Notes under the pieces: generated by a model
Database searches by the model: none
What the model was told of the DNA's origin: nothing
Seen by the model: the letters and a program-made list of their open reading frames with translations, nothing else
Position numbers and translations under genes: made by a program
Assembly (NCBI GenBank): GCA_052389795.1
Contig: JBQTHO010000016.1
Coordinates: 9,822 to 73,821, forward strand
Direction of reading: 5' to 3'
Source: Acidobacteriota bacterium
GTDB taxonomy: Bacteria > Acidobacteriota > Blastocatellia > Pyrinomonadales > Pyrinomonadaceae
DNA: 64,000 nucleotides
Shown here: piece by piece, positions 46,412 to 55,050 of the stretch
Layout: each line of letters starts with the position of its first letter
Position numbering within the stretch: the stretch's first letter is position 1

Positions 46412-47200
46412 ATGACGAGCCCACTCAACGATATGTCCGCGGCTAAACCAACAACCGTCCGTGACAATGTTACCGAAGCCGAATGGCAGGCGCGCGTCGA
46501 TCTCGCCGCAGCCTATCGACTGGTCGCGCTTTACGGCTGGGATGATCTGATTTTCACGCACCTCTCGGCACGCGTTCCCGGTCCGGAGCATCACTTCCTA
46601 CTTAATGCCTACGGGATGATGTTTGACGAAGTCACCGCTTCAAGCCTCGTGAAGGTTGATCCCAGCGGCCACAAGGTGTTGGAGTCGCCCTATTTCATCA
46701 ATCCGGCGGGTTTCACTATTCATAGTGCCGTACATGCCGCGCGCGAAGACGCACTATGTGTAATGCACTTGCACACGGATTATGGCATTGCCGTTTCGGC
46801 GCAGAAGGATGGTCTGCTGCCGATTTCGCAGCAGTCGATGTTCCCGCTCGCTTCGCTGGCGTATCACGATTACGAGGGACTGGCGTTGAACGAGGAAGAG
46901 AAGCCGCGGCTGGTTTCCGACCTCGGCGACAAGAACTATTTGATTCTGCGGAACCACGGCTTGCTGACGATTGGCAAGACGGCTGCGGAAGCCTTTCTCT
47001 CGATGTACATCCTTGAACGCGCTTGCCGCATTCAAATCCTCGCGCAATCCGGCGGTGTTGAGTTACACCGCGTAGCTGAACCCATCATTGATTTGACGGC
47101 GAGACAGATGAGTGCGGTTACCGTCGGCCAGGGTGCGGAGCTAACCTGGCCCGGTCTTCTGCGCAAGCTGGATCGCATCGATCCAACCTATCGCGACTGA
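46412..47200 (+). CDS. class II aldolase/adducin domain protein
   Basis: VDLAAAYRLVALYGWDDLIFTHLSARVP, CVMHLHTDYGIAVS, ILRNHGLLTIGKT. The ATG at 46412 follows GGGAG. The upstream part of the ORF (from 46343) is Fam-A repeat sequence. Confidence 0.85.
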   Translation: MTSPLNDMSAAKPTTVRDNVTEAEWQARVDLAAAYRLVALYGWDDLIFTHLSARVPGPEHHFLLNAYGMMFDEVTASSLVKVDPSGHKVLESPYFINPAGFTIHSAVHAAREDALCVMHLHTDYGIAVSAQKDGLLPISQQSMFPLASLAYHDYEGLALNEEEKPRLVSDLGDKNYLILRNHGLLTIGKTAAEAFLSMYILERACRIQILAQSGGVELHRVAEPIIDLTARQMSAVTVGQGAELTWPGLLRKLDRIDPTYRD

Positions 47201-47218
47201 TTCTTCCGTCGGATGAAA

Positions 47219-50200
47219 TTACGCGAGTGAAGGCGCGTGTTCGCGGGCCTGGGCGCTGATTGAGTAAATCGCCTCCATCACCGCGGCATGCACTTCCGGC
47301 GGCAGGGCCTCGCGCGCGGCCATGTTTCGCAGTGATGACAGCACCTGCTGTTGGTTGCTCAAAGCTATAAGTTTGATCGCGGTAAGCCGCACGTCGATGT
47401 TCGTATGGCGACTGACGGCCTGCAACAGCGGATACACTTCGCCGACTTTTGCCATCAGGAACAGCAGCGAGTACGCATCGTACGTTCGGTCGCGGCTTTC
47501 ACCTGAGAGAGCATTCAGCGCGTTTGCCGCCAGGCCTGAACCCGCGATGGCGGCGCCGATTTTTCGCCGACGTTCGGGTGAAGCCTCGCGCAAAGCGCGT
47601 GTGAACGAACCCGTCCGGTCGGAATGCAGGTCATACAATGCGCGCGCCGCGGCGTTACGCACCTCGACAACCGAATCATCGAAGGCATTCGTGATTAACT
47701 CGAACGCATCTTCGCCTCCGATTTCAGTCAGGTCGGCGAGGGCCGCAGCTCGCTGCGAGGCAGCATCACCGTTAAGCTTTTCGAGCAGCGCCGCAGGTAT
47801 GCCGCTGTCGTAAGGCGCGTCAAGCACCAATGCCCGGCCGGGCAGTTCCTGTGCAGTTTCAGCTCCGTTAGAAAAGGATGGATAGTCGGATTGGACGGGC
47901 GAGGCCACCACGCCGGCTTCGATGTGTTCACCGTTTCCGTTTTCGGAATGTTCAAGATCAATTTGCAGCCAGGGCGTGTCGGCTGGTGATTCTTGCACCG
48001 GGTCGCTGTGATTCCATTCGGCCGCCTCAGAAACGAGCACGATCGCTTTAGGGTCGATTGGTTCAGCACCACGCTGCCCAAGATCCTGGCTGGATTTCAT
48101 TTCTTCCAGCCGTCGCCGTCGCGCTTCTTCGGCGATGCGTAGGGATTCGAGATCGTTAGCGAGCGCGGTCTCTTGTTCCGCCAGTTCGCTTATCCTTGCC
48201 AGCGCCGACTGCCGGGCTTCTTCCTGAGCATGCACGCGCGATTCTGCTTCTTCAATCTGTGCGAGTTGTTCAGCTTCAGTAGTCCGCAGGGACTCAAACT
48301 TAGCCACGAGCTGCTGCTGTTTGTCACCGTGCATTTGTGATTCCAGGCTGATGCGCGTCGACTCAAGCTCAGTAAGTCGCTGCTCGGCCTGGTCGGCATT
48401 TCGTCGCACTTCGGCCGTCGCGACCTGAATGGCTTCTTCCTCTTCACGCACGCGAGCCTGAAGTTGTTTCAAGCGATCAAATTGCGAGCGCTCCTCGGCC
48501 TGGAACGACTTTAGTTCCTTTTCAAGCTGCTCTTCCTGATCAGCCAGCTGCGTCGCCTTGGCTCTCGCAGCCTGACGGGCTTGCTCCTGCTCACGCAGGC
48601 GGGCTTCGGCTTCTTCGATGCGTTTCAGTTGCTCAGCTTCCGCGTTTCGCAAAGCTTCGATCTCGGCACTTAATTGCAGCTCGCGTTCAGTCCGCCGCCG
48701 CGATTCGGTTTGTCCGTAAAGACGCGTTTGCTCCAGCGAGCGAAGCGACATCTCGACATCTTCGACGCGCTTGACCTGGTCCGTTTTCGCGTGGCGCACC
48801 TCTTCGAGGCGGGCGGTAACTTCCTGTTCCTTCTCAGCCTGTTCGCGAACTTCCGCTTCCAGCGTGTAGCACGCCTGAACCTGCGCCGACAGTGATTTCT
48901 GAATCTCTTCGATGCGCTTGTTGTGGTCCTGCTCCTGTTCGCGCAGCACGTTCAGCGTTAGCCGCAGTTGCTGCTCTTGTTCCTGACGAAGTTGGGCCTC
49001 CTGCTCAGCGACGCGCCGCGACTCTTCGAGTTGCGGGATGCGCGTGTTCATTTCCTCAACACGCTTCAGGTGTTGCCGTTCAGTCTGTTGAAGGTTTTCA
49101 ATCTCAGCATTCAGCCGGTCTTCTTTCTCGATTTGCAGCTTGGCCTGAGCTTCCGCCAGTTGTCTCGTCTTCGCGGCTTCGACGAAGCGTGCTTCGATTT
49201 CGACGATTCGCTTCAACAGATTCTGTTCGGTGTGCCGGGCGTTCTGCGTGTCGGCGATCAGCGTCTGCTCTTTTCGATTAAGTTGCTCAATCTCAGTTTG
49301 ACGCTCATGCAACGCTTTTTCCTGGTTGGCGACCCGGGTCTCGAGTTCTTTGAGCCGCTCGACCTGTTCGGCATCCTTCGCCGCAAGCTCGTCGATTTCA
49401 GCGGCCCGCGACCGTTCTTTTTCGGCACGCTCGCGCCCTAGCGTAGCCAGCTCGCTTCGCTTCGCTTCATACTCAGCCAGTTTTCTTTCGTAGTCCGACG
49501 TGGCTTGCTCGAACGCGCGCACGACCGCCTCAAACTCTTCCTGAGCCTGTTTCGCCTGTACTTCGACTTCTGCCAGCCGCGTAGCGTGCGCGTGGCGATC
49601 TTTTTCGAGCGCCTTGATCTGCGAAACCAGCGAATGCTCACGTTGCGCGCGCTCCTGAATGTCCGCGCGCAATTTGTTGCGGTCGGCTTCCATCGCCGCG
49701 AGCCGATCGATTTCTTTCTGACCGCGAAGTTCCTCTTCGATCTTCGCTTTCAGATGCGCTTCTTCCTGTTCGCGCAATCGCCCTTCCGCGGCCGCGATTC
49801 GTTTTAGCGTTTCCTGCTCGGCAACCTTGGCCTGTTCGCGGGCCTCCGCGATTCGCCGTAGCGACGCTTGCTCGGCATTGTGCACTTCCTCTTGAGTTTC
49901 CGTAATCCGTTGCAGCGACGCCTGCTCCTCGTTTCGCAAGCGCTCGAGTTCGGCGGCGATCGCTTGTTCCTTACGGCTTAGTTCAGCAAGTTGCGCTTCC
50001 GCCTGTGCGCGGGTCTGCTGCGACTCAAGCAGTTCGTGTTCAAGCTGCGACGCGGCGGTACGCTGTTCGGCTTCGTGTACTGTGACAGCCTCAATTTCTT
50101 GCTTCAGCTGTTGCTCGCGAAGTGACAGCGCTTCGATTTGCTGGATTAATTGCTGACGACCATTCTCCTGATCAGCCAGGCGCGCATTCGCAGCCTCGAT

Positions 50201-51442
50201 AGTCTGAGCAAGTTGATATTCGGTTTCTTGAAGCGCTTGAATTTCTGAATTCAGACGCTGCTGAGTCTGTGCCTGTCGGTGTGCTTCCTCTTCAACGGCT
50301 TTGCGCACGTGTTCGAGCTGAGTTAGTTCATACTCCTTCGCCGCGACTGTCTGACGCTCTTGGTCCGCAGCTTTGTTGAGCGATTCAATCTCGGCGTTTA
50401 GCTGGCGCAACTTCTCGTCACGCTGGTTGGCTTCCTCTTCCGCGCGATGACGAGCCTCGAGTTGCGAAAGAATCCCGCCTTCAATTTGTTTGAGGCGGGC
50501 GACCTCCTGTTGTTCTGCGTTGCGTAGCGATTCAAGTTCGGCGCTGAGCCATTGCTCGCGCTCGGCGCGTTTCTGCGCTTCGACCTCAGCTGCGTCACAG
50601 GCGGCGACTTGTTCACGTAAACGGTTCTCGGCTTCCGCGAGTCGCTTCAGTTGTTCTTCTTCGGTCTGCCGTAATGCATCGATTTCCGCGTTCAGCAGTT
50701 GCTCTTTGCGCGCAGATTCAAGCGCGGCAGTTTCGGCAGCCTTCCGGATCGCCTCCAATTCCGCGAGTCGCTCGCCGCGTTCGCGCTCGCGGCGCTGAGT
50801 TTCAGCTTCGATCGCGCGCCGCTGTGATTCAACGGCTTTGCGTTTCGCCTCGTCTTCCGCGCGGCGCTTGGCAGCTTCAACTTCGTGACGGCGTCGTTCG
50901 AGTTCTTCCTGCGCCCGATGCAGAGCTTCTTCTTCTTTGCGTAGATCGTCGATGGAGATGACCGCCTCGTCGATTGCGCGTTGCGCGTTCCGGCGTTCGA
51001 GCATCGCTTCCAGATCGGGCATCGCCCATTCGTCGCCAGCCTTGGAGACTGTCGGCCGTTCGCCCTGGAAAGCGCGACGCGATTGGGCGAGGCGATCAAG
51101 ATCGCCATTTTCGAGGGCAGACGTCAACGAGTCCGCGATCGACTCTGGACTGAAAAACGGGTTAGCACCAGCCTGATCGCTGGTGGCGGAACGAGGGTTG
51201 TCCTGTCCGGATTTAGAAACTTTGGGGCGCGAAGACGAGTCTTCCATGATCTGATTCTCCATGCTGAGCCGAGGTCGAGGGTGCTCGCGATGGTTACCTG
51301 TCGTTCGGGGTTTGCGTAGCTTGCAGGCTCTCAGCAAACAAGTCAAGGCTCTGAGGAAATTCCAGTTAACAGCTTTCAGCGGGATTGAACGAGGGTTCGT
51401 CCGGTCTGAAGGGCCGGAGGAGCATTTCACGGCCATGTTCAT
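47219..51442 (-). CDS. giant coiled-coil protein (up to 1407 aa) with C-terminal HEAT repeats
   Basis: About 1000 aa of E/Q/R/A/L-rich heptad sequence with 13 or more recurrences of an L.AEIE.LR..E.EQLKRIEEAE.RL.EQ module. C-terminal HEAT/PBS-lyase-like repeats (DSVVEVRNAAARALYDL, NIDVRLTAIKLIAL). No signal peptide or TM. Alternative start M61 (ATG 51260-51262). Confidence 0.8.
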   Translation of the reverse strand: MNMAVKCSSGPSDRTNPRSIPLKAVNWNFLRALTCLLRACKLRKPRTTGNHREHPRPRLSMENQIMEDSSSRPKVSKSGQDNPRSATSDQAGANPFFSPESIADSLTSALENGDLDRLAQSRRAFQGERPTVSKAGDEWAMPDLEAMLERRNAQRAIDEAVISIDDLRKEEEALHRAQEELERRRHEVEAAKRRAEDEAKRKAVESQRRAIEAETQRRERERGERLAELEAIRKAAETAALESARKEQLLNAEIDALRQTEEEQLKRLAEAENRLREQVAACDAAEVEAQKRAEREQWLSAELESLRNAEQQEVARLKQIEGGILSQLEARHRAEEEANQRDEKLRQLNAEIESLNKAADQERQTVAAKEYELTQLEHVRKAVEEEAHRQAQTQQRLNSEIQALQETEYQLAQTIEAANARLADQENGRQQLIQQIEALSLREQQLKQEIEAVTVHEAEQRTAASQLEHELLESQQTRAQAEAQLAELSRKEQAIAAELERLRNEEQASLQRITETQEEVHNAEQASLRRIAEAREQAKVAEQETLKRIAAAEGRLREQEEAHLKAKIEEELRGQKEIDRLAAMEADRNKLRADIQERAQREHSLVSQIKALEKDRHAHATRLAEVEVQAKQAQEEFEAVVRAFEQATSDYERKLAEYEAKRSELATLGRERAEKERSRAAEIDELAAKDAEQVERLKELETRVANQEKALHERQTEIEQLNRKEQTLIADTQNARHTEQNLLKRIVEIEARFVEAAKTRQLAEAQAKLQIEKEDRLNAEIENLQQTERQHLKRVEEMNTRIPQLEESRRVAEQEAQLRQEQEQQLRLTLNVLREQEQDHNKRIEEIQKSLSAQVQACYTLEAEVREQAEKEQEVTARLEEVRHAKTDQVKRVEDVEMSLRSLEQTRLYGQTESRRRTERELQLSAEIEALRNAEAEQLKRIEEAEARLREQEQARQAARAKATQLADQEEQLEKELKSFQAEERSQFDRLKQLQARVREEEEAIQVATAEVRRNADQAEQRLTELESTRISLESQMHGDKQQQLVAKFESLRTTEAEQLAQIEEAESRVHAQEEARQSALARISELAEQETALANDLESLRIAEEARRRRLEEMKSSQDLGQRGAEPIDPKAIVLVSEAAEWNHSDPVQESPADTPWLQIDLEHSENGNGEHIEAGVVASPVQSDYPSFSNGAETAQELPGRALVLDAPYDSGIPAALLEKLNGDAASQRAAALADLTEIGGEDAFELITNAFDDSVVEVRNAAARALYDLHSDRTGSFTRALREASPERRRKIGAAIAGSGLAANALNALSGESRDRTYDAYSLLFLMAKVGEVYPLLQAVSRHTNIDVRLTAIKLIALSNQQQVLSSLRNMAAREALPPEVHAAVMEAIYSISAQAREHAPSLA

Positions 51443-51586
51443 TCTTACAAATGGACGGCCTACCGGTCAACAGGTTTTCTGGAACGGTTCTGGAACAGGT
51501 AATTACGCGATTTTCGAAGCATTTGGACAATTCTTCGTCCCGAACGCGCCGCGAGCGGTCTGGTACGGCTGTTCCCCACGAAGCAA

Positions 51587-51643
51587 AACGGCTCAATGAC
51601 GAGGCACGTCGTCTGGTTGACGCGCCCTGTTCATTGAGCCGTT
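51587..51643 (-). terminator. hairpin, possible terminator downstream of the Spy/CpxP-like gene
   Basis: 13-bp stem AACGGCTCAATGA/TCATTGAGCCGTT with a 31-nt loop, followed on the minus strand by TTTGCTT. The large loop makes this uncertain. Confidence 0.4.
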
Positions 51644-51669
51644 CGTTCTGAGGAGTGCCTCTTCTCCTC

Positions 51670-52188
51670 TTAAAACTCAGGTTCGTCCGGAGGCGCCGGC
51701 GGCCGCGGCGGACCCTTCCGCCGGTGCTTCTGTCGCTCGGCCATTTGGGCTCGCTGTTCAGCGGTCAACACGTTCGCGACCTGCGACATCATCTTCGCGT
51801 GAGCGACTTCCATTTCCACATGAACCTTCGCCCGCGCTTCAGCCGCTGAACGAGCGGCTGCTTCATCAAAGTTGCTCACCGGATCGCTTTGACTTTCATG
51901 AAGCGTGTGCATTTGATCGCGCAGCGCTTTGGTTTGTTCGGCAAAGCTTTCATGAATCTTTTTGATTTGGTCCTTCTGAGCGTCAGTCAGGTTCAATCCG
52001 GCCAACGGGCCGAAGTCGCCTGGTCCTCGCGGGCCATGGGGGCCGTGTCCAAACGGGCCGCGCGGCGGTCCCGGCGGACCGTCTGGGCGTGGTGGCGGGT
52101 TTTGCGAAAAAACGACAGCCGCTGTAGTTAACAAGAGTGCGCCTGCGATGGCCGCAGCGACGCTAAATGTTTTCCAGTTCAGTTTCAC
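51670..52188 (-). CDS. periplasmic Spy/CpxP-family (LTXXQ motif) protein
   Basis: Signal peptide. Two LTXXQ motifs (LNLTDAQKDQIKKI, VLTAEQRAQMAE). Gly/Pro-rich N-terminal segment. Confidence 0.7.
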   Translation of the reverse strand: MKLNWKTFSVAAAIAGALLLTTAAVVFSQNPPPRPDGPPGPPRGPFGHGPHGPRGPGDFGPLAGLNLTDAQKDQIKKIHESFAEQTKALRDQMHTLHESQSDPVSNFDEAAARSAAEARAKVHVEMEVAHAKMMSQVANVLTAEQRAQMAERQKHRRKGPPRPPAPPDEPEF

Positions 52189-52335
52189 GTCAATACTCCT
52201 TTTGAAAATAGCTAGATGGAAAGCGCACGCGTCACTTTCTACCTGTTTGATGAATTAGTCGCGGAGGAAGAGCAGTTATATGACAAGCGAGTCAAAACAC
52301 TCGCAATTCAAATGATGGAGATTAGCGAACCGGGC

Positions 52336-52376
52336 AGTAGAAAGGACACGCGGAACTAACATCGAACCGCGTGCCC
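52336..52376 (-). terminator. Rho-independent terminator of the regulator gene
   Basis: Minus strand: GGGCACGCGG - 13-nt loop - CCGCGTGTCC, then TTTCTACT. Confidence 0.6.
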
Positions 52377-52394
52377 TTCAGCTTGGCAGGGAAT

Positions 52395-54323
52395 TTACCG
52401 GTTTCTCGAACCCTCTCTTAGGAGTCGCGCTATCGTCGGCGTCAGTTCAGTTAACTGATCGGACTTCTTAAGAAAGGCATCTACGCCGGCGCCCCACGCT
52501 TCAGTTTCTAGATTGTCGCCCGAAAGCATGAGAATCGGTGTCCGGCGGCGATGAGTTATCTTGCGAGCGCGCTGCGCCAACTCGAGTCCGGTTACACCGG
52601 AAAGACTGCTGTCAACAATCACTACATCGTAGTGCTCGTTACCCGTCAGCTTTCTGAGCGCGCTATCGCCATCCGTGCACAGCTCGACTTCCCACTTTTC
52701 TGCGGACAGAGCGCCACGCGCGGCTTCGGCGACCTGTGGTTCATCTTCGACATGCAAGATGCGAATGTGGGCCGGCGTGCGCATCGAGTTCGCGGCGGCC
52801 AGCTTTTGTTTAGGCCGGCGCGGTTTCGAGAAAAGGTGACTTCGACGTGGTCGCACCGCCGAACGTTGGACGAGCAGGTCGCGATGCCGACTGTTGATTA
52901 GCGAAATAAGACTCTGGTGGTGTTTGAATCCGAGCAAATGCGCGGCCTTGGTGACCGCACCGCCCGAATCGCGAAGAGCGCGCTCGATGAGTGACTTCTC
53001 AAAGGCGCGGACCTGGCGCTTGATCGAAAAATTGTCCCATGACTCCGCGATCGCAGGTTGAGGGTCCTCACCGCTCTCACCCAACGCGTTAATAACAATG
53101 CGCGCCGCCGAAACGAGTCGACTGGTCGTAGTCGGCTCCTGCGAATTCCTTAGCAAATCAGCCGCGGCCTCGTACGTCGCCGCAAGCTCGAATGGCGTTG
53201 TCTGCGCGGTTAGCTCTTCGATGACGCATAGCTTAGCGCGGCCGGCGCCTTCCAGATCGCCACAAGTTTCGGCAATCTCAATCGCTCGATCCAGCAACTG
53301 GCGCGCGCGCACAAACTTACCCAAACGCGCTTTCACGGTTCCGTAGGTAGTGATCGCCTCAGCTAAAATCGCTTTCTCATCGCCTCTTTCAAGGACGCGT
53401 ACGGCCGCGCGAATGACGCGTTCGGCATCCGCGACTCGTCCACTGGCCAAAAACGTCCGCGCACGCGTCTCGTCCACCTGCGCCACGGTCCCGGTGTCTT
53501 TCAATTGGACAAAAAGCTCCCGTGCACGATCCAAATGGCGGTGCGCGTCGTCGTGCCGTCCAATTGTGTAGAACAAGAAGCCTAAATTATTTTCAACGCG
53601 CGCTACGTAGCGTATGTTGCCGGCGCGTTCGAAATGAAAACTTGCGGCGGAATACTCGATCAGCGCGCGATCCAGGTACGCCTCGAGATTGTTTAGGTCG
53701 GCCATGCGGCGCAACGCGAGCCCGAATTCATTGTGGAAAGTGCCCTGCAAATTATGGTCGCTGCTTTGCTCAACCACGTCGGCGGCTTCACCATAGATTC
53801 TTAGCGCCTCGCTCAGACGTCTCGAATCGACCTCTACAATGCCGGCGCGAATTAGAATCAGGCCTCTCAGGTCGCGGTCATCTTTAGGTAGATCGCTTAA
53901 CGCGTGGGCCAGATTGATTCTGGCCTCGTCGAAAGCCCCCTCGCGCCAGTAGCAAAGGGCCAGGTCGGCTCGAGCCTCGGCGGCTTTCGCACCCGCACCA
54001 AGTTCCTCATAAATCCGAATACTCCGGCTTATGAAGTCCTTGGCAGTTTCTTGCGTGCCGTTCTCTTGATCAGCGCTGCCTTGCCACCCGGCTACACAGC
54101 CGACCCGCAGCAACACTTCAGCTTTAGTCGCGTCATCGAGCTGATCAATTTGGAGTGTGTTCGTGGAGGCATCCCAAAACCCAGTTAGAGCGTCTGCCGC
54201 ACCTTCATATTCGCCTGCCTTCTCTAATTCCTTGACGTGACGGCAGATTTCACTCGCTCGTTTGACAACATCCGAGCCAAATCCGTCGGCGATTGAAGTC
54301 TTGCGCTGAGATTGTAAGTTCAT
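52395..54323 (-). CDS. TPR-repeat protein with a Fis-type HTH and a C-terminal response-regulator receiver domain
   Basis: N-terminal ~400 aa of TPR-like repeats. HTH_8-like SLIERALRDSGGAVTKAAHLLGFKHHQSLISLI. C-terminal REC (IRILHVEDEP...YDVVIVDSSLSGVTGLELAQ...TPILMLSG...GVDAFLKK). Confidence 0.8.
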   Translation of the reverse strand: MNLQSQRKTSIADGFGSDVVKRASEICRHVKELEKAGEYEGAADALTGFWDASTNTLQIDQLDDATKAEVLLRVGCVAGWQGSADQENGTQETAKDFISRSIRIYEELGAGAKAAEARADLALCYWREGAFDEARINLAHALSDLPKDDRDLRGLILIRAGIVEVDSRRLSEALRIYGEAADVVEQSSDHNLQGTFHNEFGLALRRMADLNNLEAYLDRALIEYSAASFHFERAGNIRYVARVENNLGFLFYTIGRHDDAHRHLDRARELFVQLKDTGTVAQVDETRARTFLASGRVADAERVIRAAVRVLERGDEKAILAEAITTYGTVKARLGKFVRARQLLDRAIEIAETCGDLEGAGRAKLCVIEELTAQTTPFELAATYEAAADLLRNSQEPTTTSRLVSAARIVINALGESGEDPQPAIAESWDNFSIKRQVRAFEKSLIERALRDSGGAVTKAAHLLGFKHHQSLISLINSRHRDLLVQRSAVRPRRSHLFSKPRRPKQKLAAANSMRTPAHIRILHVEDEPQVAEAARGALSAEKWEVELCTDGDSALRKLTGNEHYDVVIVDSSLSGVTGLELAQRARKITHRRRTPILMLSGDNLETEAWGAGVDAFLKKSDQLTELTPTIARLLREGSRNR

Positions 54324-54413
54324 GTGGCTTGTGCCTTTCTTCCGTTTTGATAATAACTGTGCGCCTGAATCTGTTATCCGTTAGAATCTGCGCCTTGCTA
54401 CTTGGAGGACTGA

Positions 54414-54447
54414 AAACAAGCTTCAAATAAAAACAAGCTTCAAATAA
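54414..54447 (+). promoter_or_regulatory. perfect tandem 17-bp duplication (AAACAAGCTTCAAATAA x2) immediately upstream of the SD of the small peptide gene
   Basis: Read directly. Each unit contains the AAGCTT palindrome. Lies in the divergent region shared with the TPR-HTH-REC gene. Confidence 0.45.
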
Positions 54448-54458
54448 AAGGAGAAAAG

Positions 54459-54701
54459 ATGAATAGACTCAAATCCGTAGTTCCAGCAGCGGTTCTGTCG
54501 TTAGCGCTTGCCGTCTCCGCCACGGGCCAGGCTCCGACGTGTAATCCTGGCGAAACGCACACCCCGCCGTGTCCATCCGCTCTCGTGACGTCGGAGGACC
54601 CGGTTGCCGTGCTTGGCGAAACGGATACCCCGCCAGAGGATCAAAGCGTGGAGCTCGTATCGCTCGTCGAACTCGCTTTAAGCGTACTGTTTCTGGCGTA
54701 A
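54459..54701 (+). CDS. small secreted acidic peptide (80 aa) with a duplicated GET[HD]TPP motif and a hydrophobic C-terminus
   Basis: AAAGGAG SD. Signal peptide AAVLSLALAVSATGQA|P. CNPGETHTPPC ... GETDTPPEDQ ... the C-terminal LVSLVELALSVLFLA has no charged tail. Confidence 0.6.
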   Translation: MNRLKSVVPAAVLSLALAVSATGQAPTCNPGETHTPPCPSALVTSEDPVAVLGETDTPPEDQSVELVSLVELALSVLFLA

Positions 54702-55050
54702 CCGCAACTTTTTCAAAGTCTGGTAATAAAAGCATCTGCCGAATGCCTGATTGAGCTGGCAGCAAAATATTGGTGTGCCGACTGACCTTTGCCGACGCTG
54801 CTGCGGTTGAGGACCGTAGCATAGACGTACCGCGACTGCTTTGCAAGCACAATTGCAGCTAGCCCATAACTGCTGACAGGTCGCCGCTTATGTCTTGTCG
54901 CTACAATTCAAGCGCCAAGTTGGTTTAGTATCGGCGGAACGATGACTCGGGCATGCGTGTGCACCGGCTTGTTAGTGTCCCGCGCGCGCAATGATCGGTG
55001 GCCGCTGGTTTGAATTCTCGCTATACTGCGCCTGCCAATCACCACACTGC

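Noticed and set aside
52344-52376. tRNA-like GGTTCGA T-loop motif (minus strand CGCGGTTCGATG).
   Set aside because: No complementary T-stem, acceptor stem or anticodon arm can be drawn. The sequence is the loop and stem of the terminator hairpin after the regulator gene. No other tRNA or rRNA signatures were seen.
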